This document shows positions 32,687 through 42,450 of a DNA stretch of 48,050 nucleotides, one piece after another. The position numbers and the translations under genes were made by a program. The stretch comes from a virus (lineage: Duplodnaviria > Caudoviricetes). The stretch is taken from IMG/VR virus record IMGVR_UViG_3300045110_000198, positions 1 to 48,050 of that record. One strand, written 5' to 3'. Below the pieces are notes generated by a model. That model did not search any database. It was not told where the DNA came from and was given only the letters and a program-made list of their open reading frames with translations. Within the stretch, counting starts at the first letter, position 1. Each line of letters begins with the position of its first letter.

Positions 32687-33327
32687 CAGATGTTGACTCC
32701 GACGATGCGGATCGCGGTCGGGCCCGCGCCACGGTAGCGCCGGCGCACCTGACGCCGCCACTCCTCGCACGCGTCCGAGTAGTCCTGCTCGAACCCCTGC
32801 GCCAGATCGGGCCGGTACTCCTGCCGCGTCAGGCCCGTGGCGATCGCGCCGGACACCAGCGGGTCCAGGAACTCGTCGGGCACCAGGATCGTCGTGTCGA
32901 CCCCGACCGTCAGCGACGCCGGGCGGAAGATGCCGCGCACCTGGATCGCGAGCGCGCCCTGCGTGGGCGTCGGGTACAGCGCGATCTCCGCGCCGCCCGA
33001 CGAGTCCTCCTCCGAGGAGGCGACGCCGCCCATGCCGTCCAGCCACAGCCAGCCCTGCGCCCCGTAGGACAGATCGGAGTGCGTCGCCCGCCCGTACGGC
33101 AGGCCGTCGACCAGGATCTCCAGCACCTCCACCAGATCGGCGGGCAGCGCGTAGTCGCGCTGATTGGCGACCGTGCCGCCCGCGATCGTGACGGTCTTCC
33201 GGTAGGCGCGCGCGCGGATGACCATCTTCTTGTGGCGACGGTCCAGCCACGACAGGGCAGCGGGGTCCGTGACGTCGAACTGCGCCTCGAGCCGCACCTG
33301 GTCGATCAGGCCCTGGACGGTCGCCAT
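32686..33327 (-). CDS. Head-tail adaptor
   Basis: MATVQGLIDQVR...YALPADL...LYPTP...VPDEFLDPLV pattern; position. Confidence 0.7.
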   Translation of the reverse strand: MATVQGLIDQVRLEAQFDVTDPAALSWLDRRHKKMVIRARAYRKTVTIAGGTVANQRDYALPADLVEVLEILVDGLPYGRATHSDLSYGAQGWLWLDGMGGVASSEEDSSGGAEIALYPTPTQGALAIQVRGIFRPASLTVGVDTTILVPDEFLDPLVSGAIATGLTRQEYRPDLAQGFEQDYSDACEEWRRQVRRRYRGAGPTAIRIVGVNI

Positions 33328-33328
33328 G

Positions 33329-33904
33329 TCAGCCCTCCGGCGTCGCCTTCGGCTTCGGGCCCGGCTTCGCCTTCGGAGGCTCCGCCGCGGCCTCCTGCGC
33401 CGCGATCTCCGCCTCCTGCGAACGCATCGCCATGATCTTGTCCAGCGCGTCCTGCGCGCGCTCCAGGATCTGCTCGCGACCCCAGCCCTCCCGCTCCTGC
33501 CGGATGATCTCCTCCAGCGTGTCCGCGTCGAGACCGAGCGCCGCGTCCATGAGCGCGCCAAGCTCCTCGTTGCTGACCGGCGGCGCCGTCGGGTCGACCC
33601 GCCAGAAGCCCTCCGTCTGGTTGCCGAACAGGCGATGGGACATCAGCCACTTGTGGACGTCGGCCGCCTCCACCTCCGCGGTGCCGCCGTCCAGGGAGTC
33701 CTGCAGCGTCACGGTCCCCTCCTTCGCGATCCGCACCTGGCCGTCGCGGAACGCCACGAACTCGCCGGGGCTCACGCCCTCCACCTCGCCCGTGACAGGG
33801 TTCCGGACGGGGAACCGCCGGCGCTTCGTCAGGCGGAGCTCGGAGCGCCGCGACATGTAGAGGTGGCTCTTGTCGGTCGGAGTGACCAGGGGTCCTTCGT
33901 TCAT
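33329..33904 (-). CDS. Hypothetical protein downstream of the capsid gene
   Basis: ATGA overlap; strong codon bias. Confidence 0.7.
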   Translation of the reverse strand: MNEGPLVTPTDKSHLYMSRRSELRLTKRRRFPVRNPVTGEVEGVSPGEFVAFRDGQVRIAKEGTVTLQDSLDGGTAEVEAADVHKWLMSHRLFGNQTEGFWRVDPTAPPVSNEELGALMDAALGLDADTLEEIIRQEREGWGREQILERAQDALDKIMAMRSQEAEIAAQEAAAEPPKAKPGPKPKATPEG

Positions 33905-34377
33905 GCTGCTTGTGCCTCCTTGGAGTAGGGCATGTTCTCGCTGCGCCAGCGGGCGACCGCGGCAGCAGCGTCGTCACGATTCGCGAAACCGGCATGCCAG
34001 TGCAGGCCGTTGTACTGCGCCTTGGCGATCCAGCACTTCTCGCTCCGCGAGTAGTAGACACCGCGGATCCCGCTCTTGCTACGTGCCGTGGCCCCTCGCC
34101 GATTCGACATGTTCTCCGAGCGCGTGCAGAGCCGCAGGTTCTCGCGACGGCAGTTGAGCGGATCGTAGTCGCGATGATCCACGTGCATGTCGGGCGGCGC
34201 GTCCATCACCTCGCGGTGGAGGTAGAAGCAGCGCTGCTTGCCGTCGATCTTCTTGTAGCGCACGACGTAGCCGCCCGGCAGCAGCGACCAGCGCAGCGCG
34301 GCCAGATCGGTCCTGTCGTCGTCCACGTGAGCCACTGCGCGGACGGAGCCGTCGCGCGCATGCAGCGGAATCTCCAT
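33901..34377 (-). CDS. HNH-AP2 homing endonuclease
   Basis: YLHREVM...VDHRDYDPLNCRRENLR...N; SKSGIRGVY...WIA. Confidence 0.85.
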   Translation of the reverse strand: MEIPLHARDGSVRAVAHVDDDRTDLAALRWSLLPGGYVVRYKKIDGKQRCFYLHREVMDAPPDMHVDHRDYDPLNCRRENLRLCTRSENMSNRRGATARSKSGIRGVYYSRSEKCWIAKAQYNGLHWHAGFANRDDAAAAVARWRSENMPYSKEAQAA

Positions 34378-34384
34378 GCCGGAG

Positions 34385-34405
34385 AGTGTCGCTTGCACTC
34401 CGGAC
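34385..34405 (-). promoter_or_regulatory. Late-type promoter motif GTCCG-N10-GACACT, leaderless
   Basis: 7 nt to ATG 34377. Confidence 0.6.
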
Positions 34406-34470
34406 GCACGACGACCCGCTTTCGCGGGCCGTCGATCTACCTACCGCTAGGAAGAAGGCGAGTGTAGCGC

Positions 34471-35613
34471 CTACGACGTGATGCCGGTGAGCACCCCGTG
34501 CGTCCGCTGGAGACCGAACTGCAGGCCGACTTCGGACAGGTACTCGTCCTTGCGCCCGTCCTGGTCGTTCGGCTGGCGGTTCGGCAGCACCTTCGTGTCG
34601 CGGCTCACGGAATCGTTCGCGAGGTAGCGGTACGCCGCCTGCTCCATGTCCACGACGATGATGTAGCCGCCGTACTTCGTGCCCTCCAGCATCCGGTGGT
34701 AGACGAGGTTCAGCGAGCCGAACGGGGACGTGTAGTGCGTCACGTTCATGCCGTACGTGGTCTCGTCGTTCCGCGTCTGCTGCTTGCTGGCGGGGAACTT
34801 GTTCAGCGCCGAGATGCCGACGCCGGACGCCATCGCGAGCTTCGAGTCGGAGCCGTAGCGCATCACCTGCAGCATGAACGCGTTGAACTCCGCCTCGGAG
34901 AGATCGCCGCCGGCGTCCGTCTGGTTGGTCGTGATGAACGACAGGATGCCGCCCGTGGTGCGGTCCTCCGTGGCGCCCGGGGTCGTCGCGCTCTTGCGCC
35001 CGAACAGGAACGAGAGCTCGAGATCCTTCGCGTGCTCGATGCCCTTCGACCGCGCCTGGCGCGGCCACTCGTCCGGGGACGCCTGGAACGACGACGCCTG
35101 CAGCGAGCCCGACATCTCGAACGGGGTCCGGAAGATCTGCGTGTTGTTCGTGACCTTCGACGGGATGTCCGAGCGGGCCGGCTTCGACGTGTCGTTCTCC
35201 GGCTGCGCCGTGCCGATGATGTAGAGCTCGTCGCCCGCGTTCATCGCGAGGTTCGTGGAGCCGATGCCGCGCGTGACCGTCAGGTTGTTCGCGGCGACCG
35301 CGTCCACGCGGAACTGCTCGCCCGTGCGGGTGTTCAGCACCTGATCCCACTGCTGGAAGTAGGCGCCGTTCGTGACCGCGACCGTGGTGGCGACGTTCGT
35401 GGCGCCGCCGCTCTGGGTGTCGAAGCGCGGCTTGCTCTGATCCTCCAGCCACGAGAACTTCGTGGCGACCGTGCGCTTCTTGTTCGCCTTGCGGGTGAAG
35501 ACAGCGAGCGGCTGCGCGCTCGGCTCGAGGAGGCTGATGCGATCGCCAAGGTCGATTGCCAGCTGATCTGACAGGACGTTGGTGGTCGTCATTGCGCCCG
35601 TGATGGTTGCCAT
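34471..35613 (-). CDS. Major capsid protein (SU10/DUF5309-like)
   Basis: FSWLED, NNTQIFR..FEMSGS, KDLELSFLFG, RTTGGI; RBS gaaagg; follows the scaffold. Confidence 0.85.
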   Translation of the reverse strand: MATITGAMTTTNVLSDQLAIDLGDRISLLEPSAQPLAVFTRKANKKRTVATKFSWLEDQSKPRFDTQSGGATNVATTVAVTNGAYFQQWDQVLNTRTGEQFRVDAVAANNLTVTRGIGSTNLAMNAGDELYIIGTAQPENDTSKPARSDIPSKVTNNTQIFRTPFEMSGSLQASSFQASPDEWPRQARSKGIEHAKDLELSFLFGRKSATTPGATEDRTTGGILSFITTNQTDAGGDLSEAEFNAFMLQVMRYGSDSKLAMASGVGISALNKFPASKQQTRNDETTYGMNVTHYTSPFGSLNLVYHRMLEGTKYGGYIIVVDMEQAAYRYLANDSVSRDTKVLPNRQPNDQDGRKDEYLSEVGLQFGLQRTHGVLTGITS

Positions 35614-35678
35614 GACCGGCCTTTCTAGATTCGGTTATGTCGACGTCCCGGGCGCGGGACTGCTGCGCTGAGTCCCGA

Positions 35679-36380
35679 TCAGCCGAACGGAAGCGACCGG
35701 CGACCAAGCGGTGCGCCCTCGCTCTGCCCGTTGACGATCAGGTCGCCCAGGTCCACCTGAGACTGCTGGCCGGCACCCGGGCCGCCGCCGCCTTCGAGAT
35801 GGGCGGGGGAATCCCCCCGTTCCCGCTCCTCCGCCGCCGCTCTGAACGAGGATTCGGCTGCGTGGACCAACCGCCAGAACCCAGGGACATCCGCGAGTTC
35901 GGGATGGCCTATCGTCTCGGCGGCTGTGCGGCTCATGCCGATGAGTCGCTGTGCTACTTCCGGATCGGAGAGCTCAGGGAACTCTCCGAGAAGGTGCTCT
36001 GCCTCGCGCTCGCGGCGAAGTTCGGCTAGGTCCTGCTGCAGTGGTCCGACCACTTGCTGGACCTGCTGCTGCGCTTGTGACTGGACAAGGTTCTGCAGGC
36101 CCTGCGCCAGCTGCTGGTCGGCGTACGGGTCGCCGGTCTCGAGGAACCCGAGATCCGGACCCTCCACCGGCTCCTCGGCAGGCGCCTGCTCCTGCTGCTG
36201 CTGCTGCGGCAGGTAATGCTGGAACATGTCGCGCAGCTGCTCGAAGTTCTGGGAGTTCTGCTGCGACTGCTGCTCCAGAAAGGCCGCGATGTCGGGGGCG
36301 CCCTGCTGTGCCTCTCCGCCTCCCTCGCCCTGCTGTGCCTGACCGGCGTCGCCGGCGGGTCCCGCGTCTCCTGCGCTCAT
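35679..36380 (-). CDS. Capsid scaffolding protein
   Basis: Acidic, Gln-rich coiled coil directly upstream of the capsid gene. Confidence 0.7.
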   Translation of the reverse strand: MSAGDAGPAGDAGQAQQGEGGGEAQQGAPDIAAFLEQQSQQNSQNFEQLRDMFQHYLPQQQQQEQAPAEEPVEGPDLGFLETGDPYADQQLAQGLQNLVQSQAQQQVQQVVGPLQQDLAELRREREAEHLLGEFPELSDPEVAQRLIGMSRTAAETIGHPELADVPGFWRLVHAAESSFRAAAEERERGDSPAHLEGGGGPGAGQQSQVDLGDLIVNGQSEGAPLGRRSLPFG

Positions 36381-36724
36381 CCCTGTCCTCCGTTCAGCGA
36401 CGGCTCGGCGTCGCCCTCGTGCTTGGCCCGCTGGCGGTCGTACTCGCGCGCGGCTACGAGAATGACCGCGTCGGCGGCCTTCTGCGCTGCCCTGAGTCCG
36501 TCACGGCGCCCGTGGCCAATGGCGTACTCCGCTTGCGTCAGCGGTGTGTGTGGCTCGTCCAGCCCGGAGTCGATCGTCGCGATCTCGTACTCGAGCAGGC
36601 GAGTGACGTGAAGCCACCCCGGGTGCGTCAGGAGCGCGGATACTGCGTCCCCCGCCTCGAACAGTTCCTGCTGCTCGGGGTAGATGACCTTCAGGTGGCG
36701 CTCCATGCGCGGGTCTGCCTTCAC
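36377..36724 (-). CDS. Small helical head-assembly-associated protein
   Basis: LLTHPGW motif common in genes between portal and scaffold; leaderless. Confidence 0.6.
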   Translation of the reverse strand: MKADPRMERHLKVIYPEQQELFEAGDAVSALLTHPGWLHVTRLLEYEIATIDSGLDEPHTPLTQAEYAIGHGRRDGLRAAQKAADAVILVAAREYDRQRAKHEGDAEPSLNGGQG

Positions 36725-36731
36725 GCGGTGG

Positions 36732-36752
36732 AGGCTAGGACGCTTCGCGGAC
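36732..36752 (-). promoter_or_regulatory. Late-type promoter motif GTCCG-N10-TAGCCT, leaderless
   Basis: 7 nt to GTG 36724. Confidence 0.65.
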
Positions 36753-36754
36753 GA

Positions 36755-36973
36755 CTAGCGCTGCGGGCGCCCGGGGCGCGCGGGCCGTGTCGGGCGCTTC
36801 GGTCGCGCCGCGGCCCTGCGAAGGAACGCCGCGCGCTCCACGTCCTTCGGGTTCCAGCCGCCGAACGTGCGGCCGCGGAGCATGGCGTTCAGCGCCGGTC
36901 CGGGGTGCCGCGCGCCCGTCCTGTACGGCTGAGTCTGACGGGTCGGCCTCACAGCAGCTTCCGTAGTTGCCAC
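36755..36973 (-). CDS. Small Arg-rich protein
   Basis: ORF fills the gap; weak support. Confidence 0.45.
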   Translation of the reverse strand: MATTEAAVRPTRQTQPYRTGARHPGPALNAMLRGRTFGGWNPKDVERAAFLRRAAARPKRPTRPARPGRPQR

Positions 36974-37058
36974 GCCAGCCGCGCGACTCGCAGGCGATAG
37001 ATCGGACGGCGGATCCAGTCGACGGCTAGCGCTGTGCGCGGGTGGCGCTTCAGGTAGA

Positions 37059-38126
37059 TCACGTGGACAGCAGCATGTCCAGCGCGCCGGACAGCAGCAA
37101 GTCCTCGAACTCCTGCTCGTCCTCGAACGCGGGCGTCAGGTCCAGCAGGTGAGCGGTCTCGCGCGCGCGTCCGACATCCGCGCCTGCCACCATAGACACC
37201 GTCACGTTGGTTCTGGTTGGCAGGAGCGGCGGCGTCGTCGGGGTCACTGCGCGTCGCCGCTCCACCACCCTCGCCGGCAGCGGCGTCAGGTCCACCACGA
37301 CGCCCGACTCGCTCGCCACGCCGATGTCGAAGTCCGCGAGCCGCACCAGCGGCTCCGGCTCCTCGAAGTCCTCGTGCTCTGCCCCGCCGCCGACGTCCGG
37401 GGGGATGATCGGGGGCGGCGTAAGGTCCACGACCACGCCGGCGTCCGTGGCGACACCGGAGTCCGAGCCGCTGACGGGCGTGGCGCCCGAGATGTCCTGC
37501 ACCGTCCCGGCGTCCGCGCCCGTCCCGGCGTCCGCACCGCTCGCCGTGACCGAGACCACGCCGGAGTCGAACCCCGCGCCGCCCTCGCCGCCCGCGCCGG
37601 TCTCCGTGACGACGCCCGTGTCCGTGCCCGTGCCCGCCTGAGAACTCGCGAGCGTCGCGGCCACCGTGCCCGCATCCGTGCCGGTCCCCGCGTCTGCGCC
37701 CGACACCGCCTGCGAGATCGTGAGGCTCGAGCCCTCTGTTCCCGTACCGGAGTCCGCGCCCGCGAGCGTCGCCGCGACCGACCCGGCGTCCGTGCCGGTG
37801 CCAGCCTGCGACGAGGAGAGTGTGGCGCTGACCGTCCCGGCGTCCGCCCCCGTCGCGGTCTGCGCGCTCGAGACGGTCGCCGAGACCGTGCCGCCTTCCG
37901 ACCCTGCGCCCGTGTCCGAGCCGCTGGTCGGCTGCACCACCGTGCCCGACTCCGTGGAGGTGCCGGTCTCGATCGTTCCCGCGGACGACCACATGCCCAC
38001 GCCCCAGTCGAACAGCCCCCACTCGTCGCTGGAGATCTGCCGGAAGGACGGGCCGGTGCCGGTCGGCGGCGCCGGATCCTGAGTCGGGATCCCGGGTACG
38101 TCGCCCGGAGTGAACGCGCCGGGCAC
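37059..38126 (-). CDS. Low-complexity Gly/Ala/Thr/Ser repeat protein, probably a virion fibre
   Basis: Repeats such as SGADAGTGTDAGTV; acidic C-terminus. Confidence 0.65.
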   Translation of the reverse strand: MPGAFTPGDVPGIPTQDPAPPTGTGPSFRQISSDEWGLFDWGVGMWSSAGTIETGTSTESGTVVQPTSGSDTGAGSEGGTVSATVSSAQTATGADAGTVSATLSSSQAGTGTDAGSVAATLAGADSGTGTEGSSLTISQAVSGADAGTGTDAGTVAATLASSQAGTGTDTGVVTETGAGGEGGAGFDSGVVSVTASGADAGTGADAGTVQDISGATPVSGSDSGVATDAGVVVDLTPPPIIPPDVGGGAEHEDFEEPEPLVRLADFDIGVASESGVVVDLTPLPARVVERRRAVTPTTPPLLPTRTNVTVSMVAGADVGRARETAHLLDLTPAFEDEQEFEDLLLSGALDMLLST

Positions 38127-38133
38127 GGGCGCC

Positions 38134-38679
38134 CTAGTTCATGGACTCGAGCAGCACGTAGAGCGGCTGCACGGACACCGTGGTGGCGCCCGGCGTCCAG
38201 CCGATGAAGATGCCCTGCCCGGCGGTGGAGTCGAACGTCGCGATCGTGCCGCCGAACGGGACGACCGACGCGGCGCCCGCCGGCGTGTTGCCGATCACGC
38301 GCGAGGTGAACGTGCCCGTCGCGACCGCCGAAGCGCTCGTGCCCGTGCCGATCGTGCGGATCGCCAGCCACATCTCCAGGGAGAACGGAACCGCTGTCAG
38401 CGACGCGGTGAGCGCGGTCGCCAGCGACGCCCCGAGTTGTGCGCCGCCCGTCGTGGTGCCCACCCGCGGCGTGATCGTGAGGTTGCCCGGCGTGAGCGCC
38501 GTCGTGATGACACCGCCCGCCGTCAGCTTCCACGCCTGCCCCGGGGTGAGCTCGTTCGCGGCCCACGCCGTCCAAGGGCTCGTGGGCCACAGCGCAGTCT
38601 CCGCGACCACACCAGTGACCGCGGCGAACCCCGCCGAGTTGATCGGCTCGCGGAGCGTGCGGAAGTACTGGCGGGCCAT
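38134..38679 (-). CDS. Probable virion structural protein
   Basis: Thr/Ala/Gly-rich beta protein. Confidence 0.65.
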   Translation of the reverse strand: MARQYFRTLREPINSAGFAAVTGVVAETALWPTSPWTAWAANELTPGQAWKLTAGGVITTALTPGNLTITPRVGTTTGGAQLGASLATALTASLTAVPFSLEMWLAIRTIGTGTSASAVATGTFTSRVIGNTPAGAASVVPFGGTIATFDSTAGQGIFIGWTPGATTVSVQPLYVLLESMN

Positions 38680-38680
38680 G

Positions 38681-39235
38681 TCAGGCCAGCGCGATCGTGA
38701 TCGTGAACTGCCAGGTCTGCCCGGACGCCTTCGTCCCGTTCGCAGCGACCTTGCGGTTCAGCATCCGCGTCCCGTTGTCGATCCCCCACTCGTTCCACGC
38801 CTGATTCGCATCGGCGCTCGCGAACGTGGAGCGGAACGTGATCGTCTTCGACCCCGCTGTGCCCGTCGAGTCCGTGTGCAGCGGGTACGTGGCGTCCATC
38901 GCCTTGCCCACCAGCCCGGTGAGCGTGGTCTGCGTGTCCGCCTCCGCCGTGCTCGCGGTCCCGACGCAGATGCGGGCGTTGCCGTTGTTGAAGTACGTCA
39001 GCGCCTGGCCGCCCGTGGCGGTGCCGTTCCCGATCAGGCACTGGAACAGCGCGGAGACGCCACCGATGAGCAGCAGGTTGCCGTCCGCCTCCACGGTCTC
39101 GAGGTGCGCGTCGTCCGCGTCGCCGGCGTCGATCTCCTCCGCCGTGTAGTCGCCGTCGTACTTCGCGATCGTCGTGTGGACGCGCCACTCGATCGCCTCG
39201 TGGCGATCGTCCTGCGGTTCAGCCGGAGACGTCAT
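38681..39235 (-). CDS. Probable virion structural protein (minor-tail-like)
   Basis: GNLLLIGG...ANQAWNEWGI...LNRKV...GTKASGQTW pattern seen in actinophage structural genes. Confidence 0.65.
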   Translation of the reverse strand: MTSPAEPQDDRHEAIEWRVHTTIAKYDGDYTAEEIDAGDADDAHLETVEADGNLLLIGGVSALFQCLIGNGTATGGQALTYFNNGNARICVGTASTAEADTQTTLTGLVGKAMDATYPLHTDSTGTAGSKTITFRSTFASADANQAWNEWGIDNGTRMLNRKVAANGTKASGQTWQFTITIALA

Positions 39236-39635
39236 ATCCCGATGTCCTCCCTGTCGAGTCTCGTCGCACCTGCACCGACCTCGCGGGCGTCGGCGCGCGC
39301 GCGGCCGCCTTCGCGACGTCCAGCGCGTTCTTGCCGCGGATCGCCTCGAGCGCCACGGCGTTCTGCCCGCGCGCCTGCTCCATCTGCAGGTGATGGTCCA
39401 GCGGCAGGCCCGCCGGGTCCAGTTGCGGGTTCAGGATCGCCCATGCCTGCGCGTACGCGAGCGCCGCCTTCGAGCAGTCGGACATGTCCTGCATGTGGTC
39501 CGACCCCGAGCCCATCTCCGCGGAGCGCTGCACCGCCAGCAGCAGCGCGTTCAGCACCTCCTGCGGCTGCGCCTGGATGATCGGCATCCCCTGCGCTTCG
39601 GGCGGCGCCTCGGGCGCTGCGGGCATCATCGTCAC
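39219..39635 (-). CDS. Hypothetical protein downstream of the portal
   Basis: GTGA overlap with the portal stop. Confidence 0.6.
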   Translation of the reverse strand: MTMMPAAPEAPPEAQGMPIIQAQPQEVLNALLLAVQRSAEMGSGSDHMQDMSDCSKAALAYAQAWAILNPQLDPAGLPLDHHLQMEQARGQNAVALEAIRGKNALDVAKAAARAPTPARSVQVRRDSTGRTSGYDVSG

Positions 39636-41560
39636 TGGCCGCCTCCGTTCCCGTTCACACCCATCGCCTGGTTGACCTGCTGCACGTCCGGGCCCTGGTC
39701 GGGCGCGAGCCGCGGGTCAGCCGCCTGCGCCACCGTGACCGCCCGGTTGATGAGCGCCGGGTTCACGCCCATCTGCTTCAGCACGTCCAGCGCCTTCGGC
39801 GGCACCGGCGGGTCTGTCTGCTTCAGCCACGCCTCCGGGTCACGGATCCCCAGGAGCTCGAGGCCGCGCATCAGCGGGCGCTTCGGGTCGATGTACGGGT
39901 TCTGCATCATCGGCCCAAGGAAGGTCTGCGCGTCCTGGCGGTCCTGCGGGATGTTCCGCGCCGCCATCGAGCCGCCCTCCGGGATGATCTCGAACTCCCC
40001 CTGGAGCTCACCCGGCCCGACCTGGAACCACTTCCAGCGATGGTCCGCGTCGTCCTCGTGCCCGCCGGCGCCGCCCGCGTTGTCCGGGATCCGCACCTCG
40101 CGCTCCTGCACGATCATGCGCTGGTTGAGGTACAGCCAGCACTTCGCGACGCCGCGGACGATCTCGATCTCGAACCGGCGGGACGCCAGCGCGATGCGCG
40201 CGCTCAGGGACGCCTGCACCAGCTGCGCCTCCGTCGCGGTCGACGCCACGCTGTTGTTCGGGTCCAGCGAGTCGCTGATGCCCGACACCGCATCGAAGTC
40301 CTGGCGGATCACCTGCTCGTCCTGGTAGGCGGAGCCCGGGACGTCCTGCCGCGGGACCGGCATGATCGCCGACCTCACGTCGGCGTTCGTGACCGGGATC
40401 GCCGCGTTCGGCCCGAACTGCAGATCGTCTTCCGCGATCGCACCATCGTCATAGATGTAGCCAGCAGCGAGGGCCAACGTCGCGGCGTCCCGGCGCTGCG
40501 AGCGTAGCGTGTCGAGCTCGCGCTGCAGATGCTCCAGCGGCTCCAGGTCGCCGATGCCGATCATCTGCTTCTGCAGCGGCGTCGGCCGGTACACGTGGAA
40601 CGGGATCATGCCGACCGACTGGTTCTCCGCGGACTGCACCGTGGCGCAGCGGTCGAGCACGGAGATGACCTCCTGGCCGTTGTGCCACTCCCATACCTCG
40701 TGCACCTGCTCGCCGCGCGGCGCCGTGGCAAAGGACGGCAGGCCGCTCGCGGTCATCCGGTCCTGCCACACCTCGTCGTACTTCTGGCCGGCGCCCATGC
40801 CGCGCAGCTTGTCCTCGTCCAGCGCCTGCGCCGTCACCGTGTTCCACGCGCCCGACTCGATGCGCTCCAGGCAGCGGTCCAGGGACATCCACACGCGGTG
40901 GACCACCCACTCGCAGGTGCGCATGTCCGAGCCGTACGGGTCCCACATGAAGTCGAAGATGTCGACGTCCTCGAACGTCGGGTCATCGAACACGCACGCG
41001 TTCTCGAGCTTCCCGGGCACGTAGTTGCCGCCGAGCACGGAGCGCTTCAGGCGCCGGCGCAGCGCGTACCGCTTGTCCCAGTAGCTCTTGCCGACCCCGA
41101 GCCCGTATATACGGCCGGAGCGCATGACCGCCTGGAACGGCAGGTCGATGTCGATCTGGTCCTGCTGCGCGTCCACGAGCAGGCGGATGTTGTGGACGTT
41201 CTCCTCCCAGATCTCCTTACGCGGGAGGTAGATGAGCCGCGGGCGGTGGGCGATCGCGCGCGGCACCATCGTCTCGATCGTGCGGTAGGACAGCGGGATG
41301 TGGAGTTGAGCGCCCCACGTCTGCTTGCTGTCCCGCAGCAGGCCGTCGCGGTCGTTCGGGCCCGCCTTGATCCAGTCGTCCTTCCAGCGGCGGAAGCCCC
41401 TGTACTGCTGGTAGCGCCGATTCAGCGTCTCCTTCAGGTCCAGCCAGATCGACGCCTCGAACGACTCCACGCACGCCGCGACCATCTCGCACAGGTCGCG
41501 CTCCTCGGGCGGTGCCTCGGAGGGATGCGGGACGGACGGGCGGACGTTCGGGTCGGGCAT
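39632..41560 (-). CDS. Portal protein
   Basis: 642 aa; IYGLGVGK, DFMWDP, IPF, GIG...LEHLQRELD, STATEA podovirus portal motifs. Confidence 0.85.
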   Translation of the reverse strand: MPDPNVRPSVPHPSEAPPEERDLCEMVAACVESFEASIWLDLKETLNRRYQQYRGFRRWKDDWIKAGPNDRDGLLRDSKQTWGAQLHIPLSYRTIETMVPRAIAHRPRLIYLPRKEIWEENVHNIRLLVDAQQDQIDIDLPFQAVMRSGRIYGLGVGKSYWDKRYALRRRLKRSVLGGNYVPGKLENACVFDDPTFEDVDIFDFMWDPYGSDMRTCEWVVHRVWMSLDRCLERIESGAWNTVTAQALDEDKLRGMGAGQKYDEVWQDRMTASGLPSFATAPRGEQVHEVWEWHNGQEVISVLDRCATVQSAENQSVGMIPFHVYRPTPLQKQMIGIGDLEPLEHLQRELDTLRSQRRDAATLALAAGYIYDDGAIAEDDLQFGPNAAIPVTNADVRSAIMPVPRQDVPGSAYQDEQVIRQDFDAVSGISDSLDPNNSVASTATEAQLVQASLSARIALASRRFEIEIVRGVAKCWLYLNQRMIVQEREVRIPDNAGGAGGHEDDADHRWKWFQVGPGELQGEFEIIPEGGSMAARNIPQDRQDAQTFLGPMMQNPYIDPKRPLMRGLELLGIRDPEAWLKQTDPPVPPKALDVLKQMGVNPALINRAVTVAQAADPRLAPDQGPDVQQVNQAMGVNGNGGGQ

Positions 41561-42016
41561 CTAGCGGACCGCCTCCTCCTCGAGCGCGCTCTCGTCCTCC
41601 TCCTCGAGCGTGGCCGGGTCGAGCCCGTCGCCGATGTCGTCGCGGAGCTCGCCGCCGTGGTACTGCGTCGGGTCGTCCTCGGGCGGCGGCTCGTTCGTGT
41701 ACGCCTGCATCGGCACGTTGACCGACGAGAGTGGGGCCGGCTCCTCCGCCCGCTGCGGCTGCCCGCTCTGGCGCTCCGGCGCGGCCTTCGCGTCCGTGCG
41801 GTCCCGCCACTCCACGATCGCGCCCGTCGTCACCATCTCGCCCGGCAGGCCCGTCGGGAAGCGGTCGAACCACATGGAGAACCCGCCGCCGGCACGGTCC
41901 GCCATCACGCACGCGTCCGCCGCGGCCATGATGAGCGCTTCGCGTGAGATCGCGAGCACGTCGCCGTCAGCGGTCTGCACTTCCATGTCCGGCTCCACGT
42001 GCCACCTGCGGATCAT
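41561..42016 (-). CDS. Acidic hypothetical protein
   Basis: RBS gggag; abuts the portal start. Confidence 0.65.
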   Translation of the reverse strand: MIRRWHVEPDMEVQTADGDVLAISREALIMAAADACVMADRAGGGFSMWFDRFPTGLPGEMVTTGAIVEWRDRTDAKAAPERQSGQPQRAEEPAPLSSVNVPMQAYTNEPPPEDDPTQYHGGELRDDIGDGLDPATLEEEDESALEEEAVR

Positions 42017-42046
42017 GCGGTCTCTCCCGTCATCGCTTGCGACGGG

Positions 42047-42067
42047 ATGCTCGCAGCGATGGCGGAC
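42047..42067 (-). promoter_or_regulatory. Late-type promoter motif GTCCG-N10-GAGCAT
   Basis: Intergenic, upstream of the portal unit. Confidence 0.6.
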
Positions 42068-42069
42068 CG

Positions 42070-42450
42070 CTAGCCTCCCGGGCGCGGTCCCGTCCCGTCC
42101 CAGTACACCGCGCCGCCCGCGCTGACCATCAGGTCCGAGACGTTGCGGCCATCCGGCAACGTCACCTCAGCCATCCATTCGTCGCCGTACTTGTACGGCT
42201 TCACGGTCTCGATCAGCAACGGCGGAGACGCCGCGTCGCTCGCGCGCACTAGCGCCTCGAAGAACGCCGCGGCCGACTTGCCCTCCGGCGTCTTCAGCGG
42301 CGGCGTGTTCACGCGGTTCAGCCGCAGCCGCACCTCGAACTTCAGCGTCCCGTGGAACCCGACGTCGCGGGTCAGCATCGCCACGAACGAGTCGCCGTCG
42401 ATGATCCGCGTCACGCGCGAGTCCGGCCAGGTCCACGGGACGCTGCTCAT
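42070..42450 (-). CDS. Thermonuclease (SNase)-fold protein with a degenerate active site
   Basis: VTRIIDGDS...RLRLNRVNTP...KYG...NVSDLMV..G.A. Confidence 0.75.
   Translation of the reverse strand: MSSVPWTWPDSRVTRIIDGDSFVAMLTRDVGFHGTLKFEVRLRLNRVNTPPLKTPEGKSAAAFFEALVRASDAASPPLLIETVKPYKYGDEWMAEVTLPDGRNVSDLMVSAGGAVYWDGTGPRPGG

Noticed and set aside
31184-33561. Long N-terminal extensions in the ORF track (for example 33250, 33561, 19922, 20356, 43427)
   Set aside because: They overlap upstream genes; internal starts with stop/start coupling fit better
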